This document shows, piece after piece, positions 17,490 through 27,123 of a DNA stretch of 64,000 nt. Source of the stretch: Candidatus Zixiibacteriota bacterium (GTDB lineage Bacteria > Zixibacteria > MSB-5A5 > UBA10806 > 4484-95); NCBI GenBank assembly GCA_037441845.1, contig JBBIRK010000001.1, positions 160,001 through 224,000 on the forward strand. The letters run 5' to 3'. The notes below the pieces were generated by a model that worked only from the letters and a program-made list of their open reading frames with translations, ran no database searches and had not been told where the DNA came from. The stretch's first letter is position 1; each line of letters begins with the position of its first letter. Both the position numbers and the translations under genes were made by a program.

Positions 17490-19007
17490 ATGGCGTTAAC
17501 GAAATACGGACTGCCGCGATTGGCATATAACTGGATTAGCACGGTCGGTGCCATAATTGCCGGCGTCGTCGGTAGTATTGAGCTCACCTTGATCGGCATA
17601 GATATGATTTTCGGGATCACCACTCAATATCTGGGAATTCTCATTTATCTGGTCATTCCCCCTATCATAATTTTCGGTCTGATCTTGATACCGATCGGAA
17701 TGTATCGCCAATGGCGGCTGACTCAAAAAACCGGCGAATTGCCACCGCAAGCTTGGCCGGTGATCGATTTCAATCAAAAAAGCCAACGCAACGGCGCTGC
17801 GATTTTCTTTTTCGGCACCGCCCTATTTATAGTAATGAGCGCGGCCGGGACCTATCAAGCATATCATTTCAGCGAGTCGGTCGAATTCTGCGGAACCACC
17901 TGCCATAGCGTGATGAAACCGGAACATACCACTTACCAGAATTCGCCTCATGCCCGGGTCTTATGCACCGCCTGCCATGTCGGCGAGGGAGCCGGCTGGT
18001 ACACTCGTTCGAAATTGTCGGGCGCATATCAGGTTTACGCGGTGACTGTCAATAACTACCCGCGGCCGATTCCCACACCGATCGAGAACCTTCGCCCGGC
18101 TCAGGAGACATGCGAGCGCTGCCACTGGCCGGAGAAATTCTTCGGGTCGCAACAACGCCAGTTCGCGCATTATATGTATGACGAAGCTAATACGGGATGG
18201 ATTTATAATATGCTGCTTAAAACCGGCGGCGGACATCCGGCAACAGGTTTGATGCACGGTATTCACTGGCATATAAATATCGATACGAAGGTTGAATATA
18301 TAGCCAGAGATAAAAAAAGACTCGATATCCCCTGGATCAAAGTCACCGACAAGCTGACCGGGAAAGTAACGGTATATCAGGATAACGAAAATCCTTTGTC
18401 CCCGGAGGAAATAAGAACGGCCTCACCACGAATAATGGACTGTATGGATTGCCACAATCGACCCAGTCATATTTACCGGTCGCCGGATTATGCGATAGAC
18501 CAATTGCTTTGGGCAGGTAAACTTCCGCAATCTTTGCCGGAGATAAAAAGGGTTGCGGTCGAGGCACTCAACGGCGAATATTCCACGGAAAGCGAAGCGC
18601 TCGAGAAAATCGCCGAATCGATCACGGAATTTTACGGCGCCAATCATCCTCAACTTATGGAGCAAGACAGCGCTAAGATCACCGGGGTGGTTCGCGAGGT
18701 GCAGACCGCTTTCAAAAACAATATCTTCCCGGAGATGAAAGCCAAATGGTCAGCTTATCCCAACCACATCGGCCATTTCACGGACAAAGGTTGCCTTCGC
18801 TGCCACGATGGTAAGCACACCACCGATGACGGAACCGCAATCAGCCACGATTGCAAAGCCTGCCATACGATCCTGGCCCAGGGCCGCCCCGATTCACTCA
18901 TGAACTCAACGTCCGCGGAAGGTCTGGAATTCATCCACCCGGTCGATGTCGGGGACATATGGAAAGAAAGCGGTTGCTACGAATGCCATACGGGGGTTCA
19001 ACCCTGA
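17490..19007 (+). CDS. ImcH-like NapC/NirT-family inner-membrane heptaheme cytochrome c
   Basis: Three N-terminal TM segments; FCGTTCH..MKPE..SPHARV.CTACH NapC/NirT signature; 6 CxxCH plus 1 CX3CH; LRPAQETCERCHWP and CMDCHNRPSH. Confidence 0.88.
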   Translation: MALTKYGLPRLAYNWISTVGAIIAGVVGSIELTLIGIDMIFGITTQYLGILIYLVIPPIIIFGLILIPIGMYRQWRLTQKTGELPPQAWPVIDFNQKSQRNGAAIFFFGTALFIVMSAAGTYQAYHFSESVEFCGTTCHSVMKPEHTTYQNSPHARVLCTACHVGEGAGWYTRSKLSGAYQVYAVTVNNYPRPIPTPIENLRPAQETCERCHWPEKFFGSQQRQFAHYMYDEANTGWIYNMLLKTGGGHPATGLMHGIHWHINIDTKVEYIARDKKRLDIPWIKVTDKLTGKVTVYQDNENPLSPEEIRTASPRIMDCMDCHNRPSHIYRSPDYAIDQLLWAGKLPQSLPEIKRVAVEALNGEYSTESEALEKIAESITEFYGANHPQLMEQDSAKITGVVREVQTAFKNNIFPEMKAKWSAYPNHIGHFTDKGCLRCHDGKHTTDDGTAISHDCKACHTILAQGRPDSLMNSTSAEGLEFIHPVDVGDIWKESGCYECHTGVQP

Positions 19008-19087
19008 TTCAATCGATTAACTGGAAATTGCGGAGAACTCGATCGAAACGCTCTCCAAACGAATCGGCAGCCCGGATCAAATGAAAT

Positions 19088-19678
19088 TCAATTTCGGCTC
19101 ATGAATTTGCCTATGCCGTTCAGGAACATCTGCACGGATAGAGTCGTAAGGATCATCCCCATTAATCGCTCCATGGCGATCAGGCCGCGATGACCCAAAG
19201 TCCGGCTTAAATGAGTGGACGAAATCAGTATTGCGGCGGTCACTATCCAGGCGCATATCAGGGCCAGCAGCCATTCCGCAACGCGGCCCGGCTCGCGGGT
19301 CGATAATAGCAAAACGCTCGCCATCGCCGACGGCCCGGCGATAAGCGGTATAGCCAGCGGCACGATGAAAGGCTCTTTATCAGGACCGACAGGCAAAGAT
19401 GCATCCGTCGTGGAAAAAATCATCTTGAGCGCGATTATGAACAAAATTATGCCGCCGGCAATCGAGAGCGATGGTTCGCTTAAATCGAGAGCCCTGAGAA
19501 TGAACCTTCCGGCAAACAAGAATACGACAAGCACTATCAACGAAATCAACAGCTCGCGGATAATGATCCTGCGACGCTTTTTGGGAGGAATATCCTTAAG
19601 CATGGTCAGGAAAAGAGGGATATTGCCCAAAGGGTCCATCACCAAAAAAAGCAATATCGCCGCCGAATAAATCGTCAT
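19088..19678 (-). CDS. MarC family integral membrane protein
   Basis: LFLVMDPLGNIP, IAGGIILF, VPLAIPLIAGP, ERLMGMIL. Confidence 0.93.
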   Translation of the reverse strand: MTIYSAAILLFLVMDPLGNIPLFLTMLKDIPPKKRRRIIIRELLISLIVLVVFLFAGRFILRALDLSEPSLSIAGGIILFIIALKMIFSTTDASLPVGPDKEPFIVPLAIPLIAGPSAMASVLLLSTREPGRVAEWLLALICAWIVTAAILISSTHLSRTLGHRGLIAMERLMGMILTTLSVQMFLNGIGKFMSRN

Positions 19679-19781
19679 CGCCTATTCCAATTTTAATCGA
19701 GTTATAGTTGAAATCACGTATCGGATCAAGCCGTTTGTCGTAAATTTCACGAAAACGGCGCGAGAGGTTTCCGAAATTTCC

Positions 19782-19820
19782 AAACTAAAACGGGCGACTG
19801 CTGGAAACAGACGCCCGTTA
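19782..19820 (-). terminator. Intrinsic terminator after the C25 gene
   Basis: Minus strand AACGGGCGTCTG-tttccag-CAGTCGCCCGTTTTAGTTT. Confidence 0.7.
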
Positions 19821-19845
19821 GGATCGTCGAACAGTCTGATATCGC

Positions 19846-22800
19846 CTACTTCAAGATCAACATCCGCTTGGTTATCGTTTTCTGCTCGGTATTCAGGCGA
19901 TAGAAATAGATGCCGCTCGAGACCGTGTTACCGTTGAAATCGTGGCCGTCCCAGATTACGGAGTGATAACCTGTATCTCGATAGGAATCCAGCAACGTGG
20001 CCACTTTCTGGCCCATGATATTGAATATATCGAGCGAAACTCTGCCGGAAATCGGCAGTGAATAGCGGATTACGGTTCGGGCGTTGAACGGATTGGGATA
20101 ATTCTGAGCCAGAGCGAATTCAGTGGGTAATCCATTGTTTTCGTTTATCCCGGTCGTAATGCGGCTGTAACCCACGGTCTTGTTCGATCCCAGCGATTGG
20201 GCCTGATAGTTCGCACCGCCGAATACCGCAACCACGTAGTACCAATAGGCGTTCGTATCGGTGACCGACACGTCATTGTAAATTACCCCATTGATCGGGG
20301 CGCCGTTTATCTTGGAATAAACGCCGTTTTCCCAGCGGCTGCGATAGATATCATAGCCGATCAGATCGGGATGGGATACCGCAGACCAGGAAAGCTCGAT
20401 TCTGTTTTCGAACGAGTCGCTGGCTGCGAGGTTGGCAGGCACAGGACACGGAACCAAAGTCGCGTTTTGTCCGGAGACCACCTGATTCGGATTGACCATA
20501 ATATTCGCTATGGTTTGGGGGAACCAGCCTGTCTTACTGAAAGTGACATCAATCGTATCGGGCGGCACGTTGTCGATCAGGTAGGCCCCTGCCGCGTTGC
20601 TCATGGCATATTGACCGGTCGATGCATTGGCCTTTACTCCGTCATTGCCGCCGCCGGTAACCGTTACCGAGCCGGTAATACGTCCCCGGCCGGTGTTGGT
20701 AGTTATGCGATAAACCCTGTTAGCGGCCAGAGTGGCGCAGCCTGGGCTGTAGGTGTTGGAATAGGTTACGTTGAAGCCGATATTCTCGTTGTGATTCTCG
20801 AATCCGACGGTGGCGTAATTCTCCTCTGGATCGGTTTCTCCATTGGTAATCTGGCGGTAAACGAATTCGAACATGCCGTCGCCGCTGATCGTGGGATAAT
20901 ACTCTTGATCATACAAAACCACTTGGAAAGTTTGCCTGGCCGTGTATGTCCTGGCCGAAACGCTGTCCCACTGAATTATAAATCGATGGGATAAAGTATC
21001 GAATTTTGTAAATATATTGTATCTCCCGCTCGGCCCGAGGTCATCCCAGAAAGGCGCGATCATCGCCGGCGCATTGGCCGGATCGGGGAAAGGCCAGTTG
21101 CGGAAACTGACCCATTGGGTCGAGTCCATGCAGATCCAGCCGTTGGAGCAGACCGAGATCCGATTGTGGGATCGCCCATAGTATTTGAACGTGAACGGCA
21201 GATTTACGATCGCCCGGCTGTCATCGGAAAGATTCAGATTCGTTCCGCCGTTGGTGCGTGCATCATACCAGTTGAAAGTCGGTCTTTCGGAATACGATAC
21301 ATCCAGGTCGTCATAGACGAAATAGCCGTAAGCATCCGGTCCGCCCGGATCCGAGGTTGCGACTTGGCCAATGGTGAGATTGTAACTTGCCTCGTAAATT
21401 CCACCCTCGGCCGTAGTAATGCTCAATTTGAATGGAACCGATTGTCCTTTGAATGCGGCCGGATCGACGATGACAGTGAATGGATCCAGGCTGTTGCGGA
21501 TCGTATCCCCGATATCGATCGGGCCGTAATAGGAGGTTTGCGGCGACACCTGAACATAGCCCGATGTCGTCGAAATCGTGGCCCTGACATCGCCGGCATC
21601 GAGATGCCCGAAATTATTCAAAGCCAAAGCGACGGTTGCTGTATCACCAGGATCAAGCCGATTATTTCCGGAAATGGTGGCGCCGGTTATTCTGAAATTA
21701 GGGGCGACTATCGAAAGCGGCATATAATCCTGCCAACCGATCGAATCATCAGTCGATCTTATGTCAAGTCGAAGCGTCGCTATGTCTCCGTCTTTCGCCG
21801 AGGGGTTGATTCCGATAACATAGTTGTCATTGCAGAAAGCGCTATCGCCCGGAGCGATATTGCCATAATTGGCCGTACTTCTATGAACTGTCACCAAATC
21901 GGCATCTACAGCCACCAAATCCGCCGTCACATTGAGAGCGGTGCCGGACACACCGGCGTTTTTCAATATTATAGATAGCTCGATTGTCTCGTCCGGACTG
22001 GCCATGCCGTTCGAATCGCCGGAACTCAAGCCCTGGTCGTCGTCGTCAACAAGGCTGGAATGATACCCCACGATTTCGGCGCCGGGAACAATCACCACCT
22101 GCCCCTGAAAAGGTATCAATTCCCGTCCGCTGACCGTCAGTTTCAAAGTTCCGGTGGTGTCGGTGGGCACGCGAATCAAGGCGTTACCTTCGCTGTCTGT
22201 TTTGCCCACGGAGAAAAATCTTTCGGTTGTGCTGTCGGCCATGATCAAGGTAACGTAGGCGTTCGGCATGGGACGCATTGAGACATCGGACACATTCACG
22301 GTGGTGTAATTCATCCCGAGGATTATGGTGTCTTCGAAACTGACGGCGATTTGCACCGGCAGAGAGATTCTCATTTCGAGTTCGGGATCGCCCAGCATAT
22401 TATAAGTGTGGAAATACTGCTGGATAGTGGATTGCGCCCTGGGATAGACGGTTTTTTGGCGCATTTTCCCGGCGACCGCGGCCATAGCGAAATGATAAAT
22501 GTCGTCATAAAGAAGGCCGCGGTAGAATCCTATGGTTATAGGATTATTCCATTGCGTATGCGTATTGCCATCGGTTGCGCCGAAGAAAGCTGGACCGCCT
22601 TTAGGGGCGGCTTGGGTTCCCATTCGAATGTAGGTTTCGCCGAAACAGACATCGACTCCATAATTGCCGGTTCCGCAGACAATAGAGGTCATCACTCCGG
22701 GCTTGTTGATATTATTGCAGGAGCTGAGGTTTCCGGTATTGAACGGCGGCTCCCACCAGCCGCTTGATCCCGCCCAACCACGATAATTGATAATACCGAC

Positions 22801-24171
22801 ACCGTTTGTGATTACCTGGGCGATCGCGCTTGCCGGCGGTGTATAGTTGGCGCGCTGGAAAAATGTATCCACCTGAGTGAACCCTTTCCAGAGCAACCGC
22901 TCCTTGACCCAGAGACAGGTCCAAACCGGGCTTATCGCGTGTCGATCGGTGGAAACGCTGACGCCCCGAACCAGATACTCCCTATCACCTGAAACCAGAG
23001 GATTTTTCTCATAGACAAGAGTCTTGGCGATAAAAGCATTAAGCTCGGTGATATTGTCGACAGATGCCCTCGCAACGCCGACATCGGGAATCCAGTCGGA
23101 ACCGTTCAGACAAGCATATTGATGGTCCGATGTGTAATAGCTGTAAGGATAATCGGGTACAAGCTCGCCTCCGCTGTTAAGGTCCTCATCTCCGACTATA
23201 CATACGAAATCGGGGCGGACAGGCCAGGTATTGTAAGCATTCGTGAGGAAAGTCTTTATCTGCGCGGCCGTCGGATGCCCGTTCGTATTTATTTCCGAGG
23301 TGGTGACCAACCTGACATCGTATCCTTTGGCGCGTTTCCAATCGGCGAATTGCTTCATGGGCGCTTTCCAGAGATAACTTCCGAGATTAGGCACGATAAT
23401 TATATATCCGCCGCGCTTGATCTCCGTCGCGCTGAGGCTTGCGATATAAGCATCGAAATTGGCCAACGTGGTCCTGTAAAGCGGCATGAAAGCTTCGGAA
23501 AGATACGGTCTTCTGTTCGTCAGCGGATTGATCACTTCGCCATCGTGGCTGATATTGACGGTGATGTTGCGATATATTTTCAATTGATGGCGGACCGGAT
23601 TGTATTGCACCGGATAGACCACCACCTGAGCCATCCGCACGTCCTGCATGATTACGGGTTCGCCGGCTTCGCAAAGCTGTTCCGGGTAGAATGCATCACG
23701 GGAGTAGGCCTCGTTATTTATCACGAAGGCCGCAGGCGCTGCTTCACCACCCTCCGGTGTGGGAACTTGGAAGGGCATGACATCGATATTTTCAATGATC
23801 TCGTAACTTTCGTAGTCCGCGGAAACCGTAATGCCGGCGTTATCGGGGATTCCGACAAAAGTCGAAAGCAACGGCAATTGCGGCATTCCGATCTCAGATA
23901 TAGACCCAGCGACCAGGCGGTCGCCGTCCGGCAGCGACACCTGGCTGTATCCGGTATTCCACTGCTGGTCGGCGACGATCGATATGACATCGAAATCAAT
24001 GGCAAGAGATCCGCCTGCCGTAGAATAGGAAATCGGGGCCACCTGGGAGCTGTGTCCCTCTATATCCTGGACAATCGATACCCGCTGGGCAGAAAGTGCA
24101 GGATCGACTGGAAACGATAGCAGAATCGCTGCAATTATTGCCGCAGTTGCGATTAACATTTTGGATTTCAT
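19846..24171 (-). CDS. Secreted C25 (gingipain-family) cysteine peptidase-like protein with propeptide, Ig/FN3-like domains and a T9SS-type A/FlgD C-terminal domain
   Basis: GGAGG RBS; signal peptide; propeptide (GMPQLP, YPVQYNP); WKRAKG, IVGD, YNMLGDP; C-terminus LAQNYPNPFN...IWDG...SSGIYFYRL...KRMLILK. Confidence 0.88.
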   Translation of the reverse strand: MKSKMLIATAAIIAAILLSFPVDPALSAQRVSIVQDIEGHSSQVAPISYSTAGGSLAIDFDVISIVADQQWNTGYSQVSLPDGDRLVAGSISEIGMPQLPLLSTFVGIPDNAGITVSADYESYEIIENIDVMPFQVPTPEGGEAAPAAFVINNEAYSRDAFYPEQLCEAGEPVIMQDVRMAQVVVYPVQYNPVRHQLKIYRNITVNISHDGEVINPLTNRRPYLSEAFMPLYRTTLANFDAYIASLSATEIKRGGYIIIVPNLGSYLWKAPMKQFADWKRAKGYDVRLVTTSEINTNGHPTAAQIKTFLTNAYNTWPVRPDFVCIVGDEDLNSGGELVPDYPYSYYTSDHQYACLNGSDWIPDVGVARASVDNITELNAFIAKTLVYEKNPLVSGDREYLVRGVSVSTDRHAISPVWTCLWVKERLLWKGFTQVDTFFQRANYTPPASAIAQVITNGVGIINYRGWAGSSGWWEPPFNTGNLSSCNNINKPGVMTSIVCGTGNYGVDVCFGETYIRMGTQAAPKGGPAFFGATDGNTHTQWNNPITIGFYRGLLYDDIYHFAMAAVAGKMRQKTVYPRAQSTIQQYFHTYNMLGDPELEMRISLPVQIAVSFEDTIILGMNYTTVNVSDVSMRPMPNAYVTLIMADSTTERFFSVGKTDSEGNALIRVPTDTTGTLKLTVSGRELIPFQGQVVIVPGAEIVGYHSSLVDDDDQGLSSGDSNGMASPDETIELSIILKNAGVSGTALNVTADLVAVDADLVTVHRSTANYGNIAPGDSAFCNDNYVIGINPSAKDGDIATLRLDIRSTDDSIGWQDYMPLSIVAPNFRITGATISGNNRLDPGDTATVALALNNFGHLDAGDVRATISTTSGYVQVSPQTSYYGPIDIGDTIRNSLDPFTVIVDPAAFKGQSVPFKLSITTAEGGIYEASYNLTIGQVATSDPGGPDAYGYFVYDDLDVSYSERPTFNWYDARTNGGTNLNLSDDSRAIVNLPFTFKYYGRSHNRISVCSNGWICMDSTQWVSFRNWPFPDPANAPAMIAPFWDDLGPSGRYNIFTKFDTLSHRFIIQWDSVSARTYTARQTFQVVLYDQEYYPTISGDGMFEFVYRQITNGETDPEENYATVGFENHNENIGFNVTYSNTYSPGCATLAANRVYRITTNTGRGRITGSVTVTGGGNDGVKANASTGQYAMSNAAGAYLIDNVPPDTIDVTFSKTGWFPQTIANIMVNPNQVVSGQNATLVPCPVPANLAASDSFENRIELSWSAVSHPDLIGYDIYRSRWENGVYSKINGAPINGVIYNDVSVTDTNAYWYYVVAVFGGANYQAQSLGSNKTVGYSRITTGINENNGLPTEFALAQNYPNPFNARTVIRYSLPISGRVSLDIFNIMGQKVATLLDSYRDTGYHSVIWDGHDFNGNTVSSGIYFYRLNTEQKTITKRMLILK

Positions 24172-24191
24172 AGTACCTCCGCGTGCGTTGT

Positions 24192-25988
24192 TTAAAATAC
24201 CCTATTTTCGAAAATCATCAGACCGTTATCCCTATCCGTGACGTAAATGTATGACTCGTCCGCCCATAAACCATAGGCATAGGGAGTCGTATATGCGGAC
24301 AAGAAAACGGGAGCGAACGGATTGGAAATGTCGATCACTTTCAATCCACCGGAACCATCGGCGATGAAACAATAATTGCCGACTATATGCAGATCCTTGG
24401 TCCTGCCCGAGGTATTGATTCTGGCGATTATCTCAGGATGAGCCGAGTCCGGCTCGGGGTTATCGAAAGCGAATACGGTGTCAGGCATTTGCATTATCAC
24501 CAGCCCGCCGCGATCATCGGCGACATAGATGAAACGCCCCTTGGTCTGGATCGATAGACACTCCGACCAGGTGTCGCAGCGTCCGACCCTGATCGGTGAG
24601 TTCATTAGCTCAATAACCGAATCCGGAAAGCCAAACGGATGCGTGCGGGAAACATCGAACACCTGAACCCCGTATTGACCGCTGGCCACGTAAATAAATT
24701 GATGCAGCGATTCTTCGTAGCTGACCGAATCGGGTTCGCGGGGATCACGATATTGCACCTGCACGGTCATGGTGTCGAACCACACGCCTTTTCCCGAGCC
24801 CTGCAGATTTATTTCGTTCATGGTCCAGAACGGGTCCTGGTGCGGCAACGGATCATAAACCATACGATAAATATTAAGCGATTGATGCGACGGTGCGCCC
24901 GAGGATACGCCGATTATATACAATGAATCGTTATAGTAAACGCCGAGCGCCTCCTCGAGATTCTGAGCGATACCGAAAGTGCTGTTTCCCGGCGAATATG
25001 GGTTCAAAGGAAAGGAAACATCCATGATCTGAATTTTGCCGTCCATGTCGGCCACATAGGCATAATTGTCGGTGGGCGATTTCCAAACCGCCATGGCTAT
25101 ATCATCGTTGGACAATTCTATGTTGCCGATAATAGCGGGGCTTTGTGTATCGCTGATATCGACCAGCGTCAAGTCAGCATGACCATCGGCCACATAGGCG
25201 ATATTGCCCTCGATCAAGACATCTTGAGGAATGCCGTATGTCTGTATCCGGGCCAGAAAACCGAAATAATTGCTGTTGTCGTTGATCCTGAATCGCCATA
25301 TAGTTGCATCGGCCCAGTTGCCCCAGCCGTTCACGGCGGTGAATTGTCGGACGCGCCAATAATATGAGCCGTTCGAAAGCGCCTCCGACGGAGCGTATTG
25401 GGTATCCGAGACTACAATGTCGAGAGTGTTGTCGATAAAATCCACGCTGCCCGAAACTTGCAATTGATAAGCCAGCGCCGCTCCATAAGGACGCCAATAA
25501 AAAACCGGAGTGGTCGCCATAGCGGAATCGGAATTGGGAGGCGCGGCGAGCCTGACCCGATTTGGATTGGGGTAGGTGGTGTCTCCGTAAACGACAAAGC
25601 GCCAAATAGTTGCATCAGACCAATCGCCCCATATATTATCGCTGTTTTGAGCTCGCACCCGCCAATAATGCCTGCCGTCGGAAAGCATGCTGCCATGCGA
25701 ATAAAAAGTATCATTAGTGGCAACCTGAAGTATCTGGCCGGGGAATGCGGGATCGGCGGCAATCTGGATCTGATATTGGGTCGCACCAGCCAGTGATTCC
25801 CATGCGAAGACCGGCATTTGAGTAAAAACCGAATCGGAATTGGGCGGATACACGAGCTTCACTTTCCCGGGCGGATTTCCATAGATAATGATTTTCTCTT
25901 TCGAACATGAAAGCAAAAATATTGCCGCAAAAACAATCGTCATGCCAAACAACAGAATGGTCCAATTCCTTTTCGATTCAGGACGCAT
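24192..25988 (-). CDS. Lipoprotein with two tandem Ig/FN3-like repeats and an LVIVD-repeat beta-propeller
   Basis: LLSC lipobox; duplicated PPNSDS...YWRVR...WxDATIWRF; repeated AYVADG..L..VDIS-type motifs. Confidence 0.8.
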   Translation of the reverse strand: MRPESKRNWTILLFGMTIVFAAIFLLSCSKEKIIIYGNPPGKVKLVYPPNSDSVFTQMPVFAWESLAGATQYQIQIAADPAFPGQILQVATNDTFYSHGSMLSDGRHYWRVRAQNSDNIWGDWSDATIWRFVVYGDTTYPNPNRVRLAAPPNSDSAMATTPVFYWRPYGAALAYQLQVSGSVDFIDNTLDIVVSDTQYAPSEALSNGSYYWRVRQFTAVNGWGNWADATIWRFRINDNSNYFGFLARIQTYGIPQDVLIEGNIAYVADGHADLTLVDISDTQSPAIIGNIELSNDDIAMAVWKSPTDNYAYVADMDGKIQIMDVSFPLNPYSPGNSTFGIAQNLEEALGVYYNDSLYIIGVSSGAPSHQSLNIYRMVYDPLPHQDPFWTMNEINLQGSGKGVWFDTMTVQVQYRDPREPDSVSYEESLHQFIYVASGQYGVQVFDVSRTHPFGFPDSVIELMNSPIRVGRCDTWSECLSIQTKGRFIYVADDRGGLVIMQMPDTVFAFDNPEPDSAHPEIIARINTSGRTKDLHIVGNYCFIADGSGGLKVIDISNPFAPVFLSAYTTPYAYGLWADESYIYVTDRDNGLMIFENRVF

Positions 25989-26418
25989 GCACACTCCTTG
26001 GAAAAAGCGTCAAAATATAGATCTTTTTCGTCTGATTCTCTCTAATTTCACAGTTACTTGGGCGGGATGCTTCAAAAAACCTCACGGTCTTTCAACCTGT
26101 CCAAATATAACCTAATTCCCCCTTCTGTCAAGGGGAATCGGCCGGAAACAATTAATACTCGAATTTATCAATATCTCAAGACAGCGGGGACGAAATTTTC
26201 GTTTTGCAATCCCGGCCGTATTTTATAATAAACAACGCCCGGCAATAGTTTGTTGCGTAATTCCGGTTGGAATAGCGGGTTATTATATTTCCGCGACTAT
26301 AATGAATTTTCACCGCAGCTGCGGTCATCTCTTGGCAAGATAATCTGTCATGGAAATAGCGGACATGCCGGACACTATTGATCCGGCTGGACCGCCATAT
26401 CAGTCGAAAGACCTATTA

Positions 26419-27123
26419 TCATTTGCTTTCGGTAATTTCAGAAAACCGGAATTCATTCCTCTCGATAGAGATGCGGAATTTGATATCGACTATTCCCAGC
26501 AATGCTCTGGCATGGCCATCGATTTTCACGCTTGTCGCCACCATGGGTTGGTCCGGCCGCTTATCAAATTGAATTTGCATAGCCATCTCTTTAAGCTTCT
26601 CCGGTCGGGGAATCGTAATATCGGCCTTCCTACACAAAAACGACGATTTATCGATATAATAGGTTCCGTTGATCTGACCTTTTTCCGGTTTAGCGCTCCG
26701 CGGCTTTATGGAAATTACGTAATTGCTGTCGGTTTCTTCCTGAAGGGTAAACTCGTAATTGGGATTTTCTGGGGAGAATTCGAGTCTCATGCCGACCGAT
26801 TCCTGCCGTTCGTTCTTTTTCGAGCGCTTATTCCGGCCCGCGTTTTCGGTCGAACTCGAATACAAAAGGATGCGGGAAATCTCTTTTTCCCCTTCCATCT
26901 CCACACGGCTGAGAACTGTATCGGAATTTTCCGGAGACCCGTCGTCGCCGAGTTTCTGAAAAATCGCCTTCTCGACATACTCATAGCGATTTTTCATCAG
27001 GCTTTCGTATTCGGCTTTATTGGCCGAATCGGCACGAGTCAAAATTTCGGGCAACGCAATTTCCGAAGTGAGAGCCGGATGCGCCTGGATAATAAGAAAT
27101 ACGAGGACGCAAACCGGGTTCAT
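26419..27123 (-). CDS. Hypothetical exported protein
   Basis: 234-aa ORF with a signal-like N-terminus; ATGA overlap with the upstream gene. Confidence 0.7.
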   Translation of the reverse strand: MNPVCVLVFLIIQAHPALTSEIALPEILTRADSANKAEYESLMKNRYEYVEKAIFQKLGDDGSPENSDTVLSRVEMEGEKEISRILLYSSSTENAGRNKRSKKNERQESVGMRLEFSPENPNYEFTLQEETDSNYVISIKPRSAKPEKGQINGTYYIDKSSFLCRKADITIPRPEKLKEMAMQIQFDKRPDQPMVATSVKIDGHARALLGIVDIKFRISIERNEFRFSEITESK

